Assembly (NCBI RefSeq): GCF_964204645.1
Contig: NC_134027.1
Span: 12,866,485-12,930,484 of the forward strand
Source: Tubulanus polymorphus
Taxonomy: Eukaryota > Animalia > Nemertea
Direction of reading: 5' to 3'
DNA: 64,000 nucleotides
Positions 27,978-39,229 of the stretch are shown piece after piece. The notes under the pieces were generated by a model that was given only the letters and a program-made list of their open reading frames with translations, did not search any database and was not told where the DNA came from. Both the position numbers and the translations under genes were made by a program. Numbering within the stretch: position 1 is the first letter of the stretch; every line of letters starts with the position of its first letter.

Positions 27978-29917
27978 TGTTCATTATATACCATATGAAT
28001 ACAACCCATGGTCATTTAATGGCTAATTGTCTTGTCTAGTCCTAAGGCAGCACTAATTAGGTTAATTGGTGACTATGATTATGAATGGACAGTTGTTATT
28101 GTTCAAGGAATACTTTAATCTGAATGTTTGTATCTGAATTATGATGATAATCCTTGGATCATATTGAAGTAGCAATGTATTGACTAAATGTTCTTAAATT
28201 AAAAAGATTAATAACAATCCCATTTAAGCTCAATTAAGTTATCATTATGCTTTGATCATTTTGAATTTTAGCCATGAAACTGCTGGTAGGTGACTTGACA
28301 CAGTTTTGTGCTACCCCTACTTAGTGTACACCTCTCTATAGTGAACGAATCCGGGTCATAATACCTCCGCCCAAAGTACCGCCACCCAAATATCCCTCAC
28401 CCAGAATCCCTCCACCCAGAATACCCTCATATGCGTCCAAAATACCTCCAGGCTCTAGATCAAAAAAAAAAGGAACGTACAATTTTTAGAATGAATATTT
28501 TGATAATATATACCAAAGTTCTTTAATTTAAAGTAGTTAATTGAGAAAAACAAAGTAAAATGTTAATTACAGTGTATTGTTAGAAGAGCATTGTTGCAGT
28601 TAAGTGGAAATAAACTGAATTCAGTGTGTGCATGGAATAATTCCATAAATTCTGCATTTTTGTATTCTGTATACTGTATTTGATATATTTCTATGGTTGT
28701 TATTTCATGGTTTCTGGTCATGGTAATTCTATAGCCTGAGAATTTGTATAGTTTTGTATAGTTCAGTAGATATATCAGATATTGAGATTTTTGGTCACTT
28801 CTTATATGGATTTAGATCTGTAAGGTTGTGCTGCTGTGTTTGAGTAAAGGGTGAAGATTTAAATTGAACGTTTAGACAGCCAAATGTTACGGTAAATTGA
28901 TAATATAAGATATTCTCTTTTGACGATAATTATATGAATTTATTTATGGTAATTTTCTATTTGTTTGTAGTTAATCGTGCATCCGTGTTTGTGACGTCGA
29001 AACTAAATGACTAATGATTTTTGCCACGGAACATGACTCTTTCGTATTGGTTGATCTTCTCAGTGTGTATACCACAATTTAGTATATTGTTTTCCTAGTT
29101 TATAGTACTAATTAATATTCTATAATCAAAATATTGAATTGTTTCCTATATTGTTTCCAGAGAAATCTAGAAGATTAAAGACATAAGATAAACTAACTAG
29201 TATTCTATAATCCACATCTTGTTGTTTGTTCAAATCAAAGAGGGATGATTATACAGTTAATTTCCAACAACATGTGAACTGGATTCACGAGTAATTGTAG
29301 AAAGACTACAGTGACTCAATTAGCTAATTGATACAGTTTCTCAAGACCATTAACAATTTTACTTTGCCTAACAAGATTAAAAGAAAGATTATCAGTAGTG
29401 TTCATGGGATTGAATATCGTTTGATTAGATAAGCAAACTGGTTATATACAGTACTTGAAAAAATGAAAGATTTCTGGCACAAATATCAACTTGGTTATTC
29501 GTTTTTTGTTCTATCCACGCAAAGGTTTGTTATTTGCAAATTCAGGATAACCTGACATGGCGATTCTGAATTGATTATCATTGTCAGTAATCAATTGTCA
29601 GTAACAACTGCTTCTATCAATATGTTTTTCCCCATAAGGGCCATGAATTTATCTTTCTTTCACATTCCTGCCCGGATTATTGAGCCTCCTCAAAAAAGCA
29701 AATTTATACAGAATTTACCTGCATATTCCATGATTTATCATTAAAGTTTGGTCAGTGAGTATTTTTGTTTACAGTTTGATATTGTAAGTTAAGAATTTTA
29801 CTAATCAGTTTTTTCTGAATGTTTAATTAGCCAGTAAGTGAATAACTGAGTATTTTCAGATTACAGGAAACTGACTGATGATTAGCAATATAAATCATGA
29901 ATTCCTATCACCCAACC

Positions 29918-29955
29918 TATAAAACAGGGAGTTCGGTCGCAAAGTTTCATCAGTT
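29918..29955 (+). promoter_or_regulatory. TATA box plus initiator of the MULE transposase gene
   Basis: TATAAAA at 29918, TCAGTT at 29950, ATG at 29974. Confidence 0.5.
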
Positions 29956-29973
29956 AGTTCATATACAGGAGCT

Positions 29974-32240
29974 ATGGCAGTTGAAATTATCAAGACAGCA
30001 AAAGGTGGACACAAGATATGCCTGAATGGTTATATGCATGTAAAGCAATACAAACAAAATAACAAGATTCGATGGTCATGTGTAAAGAAGAAGGCAGATA
30101 GGTGTCCTGGTAGTGTCATGACTAATGTAATGATGGGAGAACCAGTGGAAAGTGTACAACACAACCACGGCCGAGATGATATGGCAGTAGAGGTTACTAA
30201 AGTACAGAGATGCTAGGGCCAAAGTACCAAAATTCCGGAATTTAGAACGGGGGTCAGAAAAATTCTCCCCCAGGAAAAATTTTGCGTTTTTGCATCACCG
30301 GAGATGCAGTATCATGATCGGCATCTTTCATCTGAAAATACGACGGCAGGCATTCGTTGTGCTTCACATCCCTCGCTGCCTTCTTATGCCGCGCGCTATC
30401 CGGGTGACGAAGAATATCTTTTTTCCCGCCACTACCGTATTTGACCTGGTCTTTACAAACGACGCAGTACGCCACGCCAGCTAAGTCTAACTTACGAATG
30501 TAGTTCGATAAGTAGTCCCCGTTACTGTCCTTACACTCTAGCCAGTGCCAGTTAAATTTATTTTTTATACCGCTGTCAATTGCCTTTATATCGGCCGACT
30601 CCCGACTGACAATCTTTCCGTGCGTGCTCATTTTGCAGACTGTCCCGCTTGACAGCTGCAGGCAAAAAGAAAGTTACAAAGCTGCGTGCCTCAGGACATA
30701 GCACGCGCATGGTTATAATTAAGATGATATTTATTAAATATCATCTTAATTATTACCACGTGCATCTTCACATTGTTGGCCGTCAGCGGGACGATGTACA
30801 ACGGCGCGTAAAGATAATTGGAAATGGCGCTCCACCTACGCACGCACAGATACCACCACAAGCACACATATATACATTGTAGCAGAAAATCCTCGGAAAC
30901 GGAGACCAAGATAAAATAACACAGAAGCGACGACGAGTACAAGCAAACGAACGCTTTTACGGTCCGTGCCATTACTGGTCGCCGCGAGGAATTCTCACCA
31001 AATTTCCGGAATTGACATCGGGGATCCTAAATTTCCGGAATTCCGGATATTTCCGGAAAACTAGCATCTCTGAAAGTAAGAATCCAGATGAACACCAAAG
31101 GGGAAACATCACACAGCAACTCCGTCCAGATTTACTCTGAAGTTATTGCAGCAGTGAATGACAACAACGGTAAAGCACAGCTTCCAACTAAAGATGTTTG
31201 TAAGAAAGCGGTAAGACGTCATCGAAGAGCCCAGCGGTTTGGCAGAACTTGAAATTGATGGCCGATGGCTATGACTGGTGATGATGAAAGATTCATCTTG
31301 TATGACAACAGAAGTGATGGCATGAGAGTGGTGATATTTGCTTAAGATACTGGGTTAGAAACATTGGGAAGATCAAGCAAGTGGTTCATGGATATGTCTA
31401 TGTGATGCGGGTACCATACGGGTACCACTCGGGTCCTCGTCGATTTCTGCTGTGTATGCCTTACTTGAGTGTAAGAACAAGGAAACATATGAAGAAATGT
31501 TTCAAGCTATCCTCCGAGAATTCCAAGATCAACAGATATTTCTGGAGCCAGAATTCACCGTGGTAGACTTTGAATTAGCAGTACACCAAGCAATCAGTAT
31601 ATCATTCGAAGACACAGTTCAATGTCGAAAATTTTTCTACCATTTAGCCCAGGCTACATGGCGAAAAATACAGTCACTTGGTTTAAAACAGCATTACCAT
31701 GAAAATCAGGACTTTCAGTTATTTGTTGGGATGATTGATGGACTTGCATTTTTACCCATTGATGATGTTAGTGCTGGATTAGAATATTTACTCAATATTG
31801 TGCCGGATGAGGAGATAGAACTAAAGGATTATTTCAGTGCTACATATATAAAAGGAACTTATTGGCGTGTTAGGGCGCCAAATGGACTACTGAGTTTTAG
31901 GCATAACCTCCTATGTTTCTGGTGGTATTAAGGAATGTCAATTACGCGACATTCAATGATGATGCTCGAACCAATAATATATGCGAGGTTTGGAATAACA
32001 AATTCAACTTGTAGGACACAAACACCCTTCGATTTGGTGGACAATCCCGTCAATTCAACAAGAAAATGCAACAGTATCTGCTGCCATTGAACAAGACAGT
32101 ATTGGGCAGCATCCTGCCAAGGAATAAGACAAAAATATATTGACCTGGAGCTTCGCTTAAAGAAATTATGCATTGATTACAGAGATGGGCATAAAAACAT
32201 AAGTGAATTCTTGCGTGGTATCGGTTATAACATGCGTGTT
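29974..32240 (+). pseudogene. FLYWCH zinc finger-MULE transposase pseudogene
   Basis: FLYWCH pattern (GY...W.C......C...HNH); MULE core YALL..K.KETY, DFE.A, FYHL.QA.WRKIQ. Interrupted by an 868-bp insertion, a stop and frameshifts. Confidence 0.88.
30205..31072 (-). mobile_element. Internally deleted hAT-like transposon with 6-bp TSD
   Basis: TIR CAGAGATGCTAG / CTAGCATCTCTG; subterminal ttccggaa repeats; TSD AAAGTA (30199-30204, 31073-31078). ORF 30254-30631 carries a C2H2 finger (AYCVVC...H....RH) like transposase N-termini. Confidence 0.85.
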
Positions 32241-32902
32241 TTAAAGTTAACAAATGTGTATTTTATTGATTCTTATATATAATGATCCTAAAATGTTTTA
32301 TATCCTAAAATGTTTTATCTGTATCATTGAAGAAACTGTGCTGCTAATTTTTATATTTATAAAGAAAAATAAAATATCTATTCGATAAATAAATTTTGTT
32401 CCTGTTTCTTTATTTATGTGTCATCACAATAAACACGACCCAGCCTATAATAAGGCTTACAAGACAAGGCTTACGAGACAAATAGGTAACGATTCGCTTG
32501 GTCCATCATTGGTGATCATAAATCATAATATGACTATAGGGCCTAACACTTTTCTGGAACCCAAAGCGTTCACTACAGAGAGGTTGGACTGTACATGACC
32601 TTATACTCCACACATTTATCATGTAGACAAGTAGCCTATTGGCTGATGCTCTCCGCTGTTTTATAAAGGCTGGCTTATGTCGACAAGCAACGCGACGTGA
32701 ACCGCTCACAATAAAACACACATTATGCACAACTAAATATCCAGACAAACATGTGTCAATATACAAGAGAGAGCCAGTAGTTCTCTGGACAATACTATGT
32801 CCACGGACAGACGAAGGACAACCTGCTTCAGTACTGACTAAACTTCGTTGCAAGGGGTATAATAAGATGTCTCCCCGGCCCTCCTCAGGGAGAAATAATT
32901 AC

Positions 32903-33024
32903 CTGGGTTTCCCTTTTGACTGTTTAAGGCAACTTTGGAAAACATCTAATTCATTCCATAATTGAAGGATTTCTTCTTCCGCTTTCGGGAAGTTTATTCC
33001 TTCCATTCCAGATAGCAGGGTCAT
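32903..33024 (-). CDS. IARS1: IARS1 first coding exon (MTLLSGMEGINFPKAEEEILQLWNELDVFQSCLKQSKGKP-R)
   Basis: Manual translation matches the N-terminus of eukaryotic cytoplasmic IleRS (INFPxxEExILxxW...FQxCLKQSK). Acceptor ttttctag lies 2 nt before the ATG; donor AG|GTAAT; phase 2 matches the next exon. Confidence 0.9.
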
Positions 33025-33063
33025 TCCTAGAAAAAATATAAGACCTTTATTAATAACTAGGGG

Positions 33064-33358
33064 CATGGTTCCTGCAGAATTTCATGGGTGATTTTTCAAT
33101 TTTCCCAAATGGAAATGAACATATAACGTCATACTACACTCAACATTTTAGTGGTGATTGGTTGATAAAGGTGATTCTCGAGGGAAATCGCTAGAGAAAG
33201 CTGCCCTTGGCAAATGCAATACGTGAAATGTAATGAATTTCCCAAATATTTCCCTGTTTTGAGGCATATTTATCAAATTCCCAAAGATTTCCAAATCGGG
33301 AATTATTATTTCAAAATTCCTAAGTTTTTCCCAATTTCCCTGTTCTGTGGGAACCATG
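33064..33358. mobile_element. MITE with 6-bp TSD inserted in a HINE end
   Basis: TIR CATGGTTCC(T/C)(G/A)CAGAA; TSD TAGGGG at 33058-33063 and 33359-33364. Removing it restores actaggggtccagggacacc as seen at 1047. Confidence 0.85.
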
Positions 33359-34169
33359 TAGGGGTCCAGGGACACCATGCCCACTTGGGAAGTGGTTCCA
33401 AATGCTCAACATTCTAACAGTTTCAGTATTCAACGCCCCCTATACCATATACAAAAGCCAATTACCATAAAACCCACCACAATGATAGAATAGGTCAAAA
33501 GCTACAACTTTGCTATTGATTGTGGTTACAAAATATGCATATGTACCAATATTATATGGAAATACTAAGTTATCCTACAATTCAATGCCCCCTGGTGACC
33601 ATATGCAAAAAGCAAATACCTTGCAACTTACTACAATCATAGCACATGCCATGAGCTACAACTTTGCTATTGATTGTGGCAACAAAATATGCCTAGGTAC
33701 CAATATAATATGGAAATACTAAGTTATTCTACTAGTCAACGCCCCCTGGTGACCATACATTGAAACCAATGACCTTGAAACTCACCACAATCATAGAGCA
33801 TGTCATGAGTTAGAATTTTGCAATTTATTGTGTTAACAAAATATGCCTAGGTACCATTATAATATGGAAATACTAAGTTATTCTACTATTCAACATCCGC
33901 TGGAGAGCATATACTGAAACCAATGACTTTCAAACTCACCACAATCATAGAATATGCCATGAGCTACAAGCTTGCAATTGACCATATTTACAAAATATAC
34001 ATAGATACCAATACAATATGGAAAAACTTATTCATTGTACAATTCAATGCCCCTGGTGACCATTACAAAAAAAACCAATGACATTGAAACTCACCAAAAT
34101 CATGATGAATGCCAAGAGCTACAAGTTTGCAATAGATTTAGTTACAAAATACGCAAAGGTACTATTATA

Positions 34170-35053
34170 CAGAGGTGCCAATCCCCCCAAAAATTCTTAA
34201 GTAGCACAAACCAAAATTTTAAGTATTTTCGATGATTTTCCTATATTTTCAAAATTTGTTAAATTTCTAAAAATTAGAACCTGTATTTTTCAAGGAAAAT
34301 AAGTAAAAGCCCCACAAAACCCAGAAATCAAGATTACATCTAGTAGTAAATTTAAAAAGAAGCAAAACCTTTGATTTAGGTAAAATTAATTGTATTTAGT
34401 CAACCAGGAACTCACAAAATAGTGTTTCCGCCCGGATTTCTTTATAGTCCTCCTTCTTCACAAGAAACCTATCCATTGCCTTGTTACTGGTAGTTGTAGT
34501 AGCGGCAGTTTTATGCTTTGCGCTGGCAAAATGTTGTTGAATGTCGTACTTTCCACTGTGTCCAACGGAAAAGTTTGATTGACATACCGTGCAATACGCA
34601 TGATTGTTGCCGATGCGACTAGGCAGAATACACGGGTTGTTGGCCGTGTATTCTGCCTTGAATTTTTGCAGCTTACATCGCCGTTTTTCCGGAGGGCCTT
34701 CATCGTCGGAAGACAACGAATACATTTCACTTTTGACGTACACCGCCATTTTACATTTTTCATAGGTGGCGCTAGCCAACGGACAGCGTCTTCCATCGTT
34801 ACCGCAGCGGGTTCTGAGCGGCAATGCAAGAGGTCATCACACTGACATTGCGCAACTAACTTAGCACGTTTATATCAAACAATAATACGTTTCTTTTTCA
34901 AAAAATGACATTTATTTATTTTACGTAACATAATTTTTCCCTCCCGTATTTTAACTTTTAAAAAAACGTAAAATTTTCAGAAAAACGTACTCCCGTAAAT
35001 TGAGGTTCGTTTCCGTAGCAATTACGGAAAATACGTACAGGTTGGCACCTCTG
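34170..35053 (-). mobile_element. Internally deleted hAT-like transposon with 6-bp TSD
   Basis: TIR CAGAGGTGCCAA / TTGGCACCTCTG; TSD ATTATA (34164-34169, 35054-35059). ORF 34396-34824 carries a C2H2 finger (AYCTVC..FSVGHSG..D...H....KH). Confidence 0.85.
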
Positions 35054-37560
35054 ATTATAAGAAGACAAATTGTACATTATTCAAATTCCGCCTGGTGGCA
35101 AGAACAAAGAATTGGGTGATCCCAAATTCCATATGAGGAGATATATCCGATGACTTTGCTATTATTTTCATGGTCACTCGATGAATTCTTTTTTATGGTT
35201 AGTGTGCAATTTACACGATTGAAAAAGTTTGTTCTCTGGTGTTATTTTGATGAGAAATTTACTTAATTAGTAATGATAGACTGAGACATATTTTCTACCT
35301 TATGGGACATTTTTTCCGGGTACATATTTTCTGGGACATTTTTACCCACATTCCATTCATTGATCAAATTTACGATAATAGATCACAATAAACTGACTTT
35401 GACTATTAAATGTATAATATCAAAATACTTTGAAAAATATTTGATACAGAAATGTTAGCTTCTCCCATGTTACTAATACTGAAACTTCGATGGCATATTT
35501 TACATCTGGCTTCCCTTACATCTTAACATTTATCAATCCATAGACTATAATCGTCACGCTTGAGCCAAGAATCCAGAAATCTACATTTTCCAGGCGTTCT
35601 TAGTAGATCAGTAGATTGGAAGAGCTGTAACAGTGAACTTCTAACTTTGACCTGCAGATGATAACTAATGACTGATCTAGTAAAATCCATAGCAAATTAA
35701 ATTCAATTGGGATATAAATTAGTGTGTTGCCATTATATTTGCATTGAACAGAATCATTGTCTTCATTGTAGTTGAGATTATTTAAGACTAGTGTGAACTA
35801 GACCTAACAATACAATTATCTGATCTGATAATGTGTAATGCCTAAGCTATAGATTATCTATGACTGAAAACTTCAAAATCTATTCGCACTGTATGGTAGG
35901 TTGCTATCAATGACCATGACTATGAATCAATGACTTAAGAGGCAATTCAATGACTTTCAAGGCCTTGAATTGACCCATTCCCATTTCATGACTTTCCATG
36001 ACCGCTATGAACCCTGTGCTGATAATGATTGAATATGAAGGCTGTAAGTTCAAACCTGCTTTTTCCACCTATGAATGAGTACTGATGTCACCAAGATGGC
36101 CACCAATTGCGTCAAAATTGGCTAATCGATTATTGGCTAATCCGTCACATGCATTAAAGATCTTTTTTCATAGAATACCCATCACAAATTGTGATGAAAA
36201 ATGCCAAACCATTAGGAAGCTACAGACAAGTTCATTTTCGGGCACAAAAAAGGCCACAGAATGACCATCTTGAGTCCGCTCGGCCCAATGATTCTGATGC
36301 TGATGGGCCCTTGGGGGATCCAAATATATGTGAACGATCAAGGTAATTGATTAAAGCGTCTTCAAAATTTCCCTTGAAAACTTCAAAATGTGTAAAAAGT
36401 GCTGATTTTGGCGAACAAAAATGGCTGCCAGTCAGCCATCTTGAATCTGACAAGGCTGAAGATGTGTCTAGGATAGTTACATGTATGAACCAAATATCAA
36501 GACAGTACCTTGCAGCGCTTTCAAAACTTCCCAAAATAACCGGACCAACGGACGATGGACGAAAAGTGAACGCAAAAAGAGGATGCATTCGATCATATTA
36601 CTGAAGTGCTCTAAAGGGGTAAAAAATCGGCGTATGAAAGTAGATTGTTTTAAATCCGGGAATTTACTACTAAAATATTCAGACATAGATCCAGTTTGCT
36701 GCTAAGTATTATTAGGTCACAAGAAATTACAATTTAATTTCTATCGAACATAAAACACAGCGCTCATCTTCTGCTATGAAAGTTTAAATGATAATTCATA
36801 AAGCGTATTTTCAAGTCAAATTTGCACGTGCCAGCAAGCAGCGTTACAGTATCACTATAGTGTAGTATATAATGTACAAGTGTATATAATGTACAAGTAG
36901 TGTATAATCTACTATAATGTACAAGTGTGTGAGTAAATCTAATGTAATGACGTGGAGGCCTTATCCGTGAATGAATGTTCTCTTACACTTCAATGACTAT
37001 CAAAACAATCACCGGGTACATTAAAATGAAACAATACCTATGGCAGATATGTGAAATAATTATATTCTCACCAGCAATAAGCATGTGGAATTCGCAAGTT
37101 TACGGTAGGCCTACCTAGTCCTGTCGAACGTTTGCCATTTATGGCTATCCCATGGTTATTCTAGTAACTATTCTAGTTCATTCCAAAGAAAAAATCTTTT
37201 CGTGGAACTAAATAGTCTTTTGTAGTAATGAGTAATCTTCATTCGAACAAAATAATCTTTTTCACTCGAACATAAAATAATGTGAACCCGGGTTTTCTTC
37301 TTATATCCATACTATGCCTTGTTTCTGACCATGCACGGAAACACAGCTTGTTTAGGTCGTTTTGGAAATTCACTGGTCCTGTACATTTTGAATTATTCTG
37401 TACATCATTTGATAGTGAAGAGAAGGCGACTTAGAATACTACTTTGCGTAACTCCACTGGTTAGATCTTATTTCCACGATGACACAGTTCCGTTGATTTC
37501 GGTCACCTTTTTTCTTTCGTAGAAACATGCTGAGCCATTTAAGCACCCTATGATCACTGA

Positions 37561-38115
37561 TACCATTTCCTAACAGCTTGTTTAGTAATCGCTGATACAG
37601 TACATTATCAAGTGCTTTTTCGAAATCTATAAAGACTAATTAAGGCCTAACAATCGATTTTCCGGAGTTAAAAAACCATCTGGTCCAATCATCCATGGTT
37701 TCAAGTAAGCCCAATTGACCCCTGTTTGTAGACCTCTTTTATAAAACCGTGTTGACCGTTGAACAGGATTCTAAATTCCCTTCATTTTCATAGCATAGTG
37801 GGTTCGCGTCAGCATACACGAATTCCTTGGTCGACACATTATCCAGACATTAATACCGTTTCTGAATAGCTTGTGTAGTAATCACTGATGTTGTACCTAA
37901 TCAAATGTTTTTTCGAAATCCTTAGACTAATTAAGGCCTAAGAGTTGATTTTCCAGAGTCCAGTCATCCATGGTTTTCAAAGTAGGCCTAATTGACTGTC
38001 TTTTTATAAAACCGTGTTGACGGTTGAACAGGATTCTAAATTCCCTTCATTTTCATGGCATAGTGCGGCTGCATCAGCGTACACGCGTTCGTGGTCCACG
38101 CAGTATCCAGACATC
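37561..38115 (+). repeat. Tandem duplication, two ~290-bp diverged copies
   Basis: Blocks agactaattaaggcctaa, ataaaaccgtgttgac and aacaggattctaaattcccttcattttcat each occur twice. Confidence 0.8.
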
Positions 38116-39229
38116 AGAATACGAACAAGGATGTGCAGAAAACCAAACTCCCAATACATGTAGGCCCAATATTCATTCCTTCAGCAGTTTAATTTAATAG
38201 TTATGCAGAGTGCCATATTCTATCTTTTAGAAATTATAGATTATTAGAATATAACTATGTTATAAGTTCTTTCAATGATTTAGTAATCAATTAGGCCTAT
38301 TAATTTCAATCACTTATCATTATGAATTGTGACCCAACTGTAATGATTTCATTTTTAGTGTTAAATTTTTACGAATATTGTTGAAAATACTTTAATTGAT
38401 TTGATATACATTTAAATATTTAAGTCAAGTAACCAAATAACATTGACTCTCTTATAGAATTAGTTTTCAATGTTCATGTACATAATTAACCGGGTATTGT
38501 TTTCAAGATAGGAACTTGCTGTGGCGAGAGCTATACTTGCCGTGGATCGCTTCCACCATCCACAGCATTTCTGAAGGCAACTTGCTGTGGATGACAAATT
38601 CTGAAATTCGAACCCTGGTACAGGTTGGCACTATGTTATATTTTGGGAAAAATATTTTTCATTCAAAATGAAAAATATTTGAATAAAATTCATATCACAA
38701 ATCAGAGGGTGGCTAAATAGTCTTGACAACCTTTTCCAATGTATGGCCACGGAAGCTACGAAACATTACCGGTACCGTAATAAATAACCTGCCCGTGGGC
38801 AAAGTGTGGTTTACCTTGAAAGCTAGAGGTTCTTTGGAGTAAGGGCATTGCTTGAAAAATCTTTTCAATTCGTGACTTCAAAGTTCTACAAGTTCTACAA
38901 GTTTAAATAGTATTTTATAAAGAATTATTTTGTAGTCAAATAAGACCAAAGATAAACATTTGTTTGCGGTTCACTTCCAAAATTTCGTAGGGTACAGGTA
39001 GGCGCAGGAGGGAAACTATTTTATATTTTCAAAAAATATTCAAATAAAATTCATATGATTTCACATATCAGATGGTGGCTGAATATTTAGACTTTGAAAC
39101 CACTTCCAGTGTACGCCGAAGCTAAAATACCGGTACAGTTATAAATCGGTGTACAAAATGCTAACAAAATTCGTTTTTCAATCCAAAATTAAAACTCTTA
39201 TTCTATATGACACTTACTAGTGATATTAC

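Larger units (their letters stand above)
28347..32400 (+). mobile_element. Mutator-like (MULE) DNA transposon; left end present, right TIR not found
   Basis: Left end gaatccgggtcataatacc with subterminal repeats; encloses a FLYWCH-MULE transposase pseudogene. Confidence 0.65.
33056..36580 (-). mobile_element. Second copy of the 154-bp-array HINE, expanded by insertions
   Basis: Same head as 1047; units at ~33441, 33593, 33747, 33901, 34054, 35093; 36060-36580 matches 1708-2250. A third partial copy lies at ~41740-41965. Confidence 0.75.

Noticed and set aside
54-33026. Non-canonical (GC-AG or U12) introns, or missing exons, in IARS1
   Set aside because: All 14 internal introns are GT-AG and phases join without gaps over 2229 nt.
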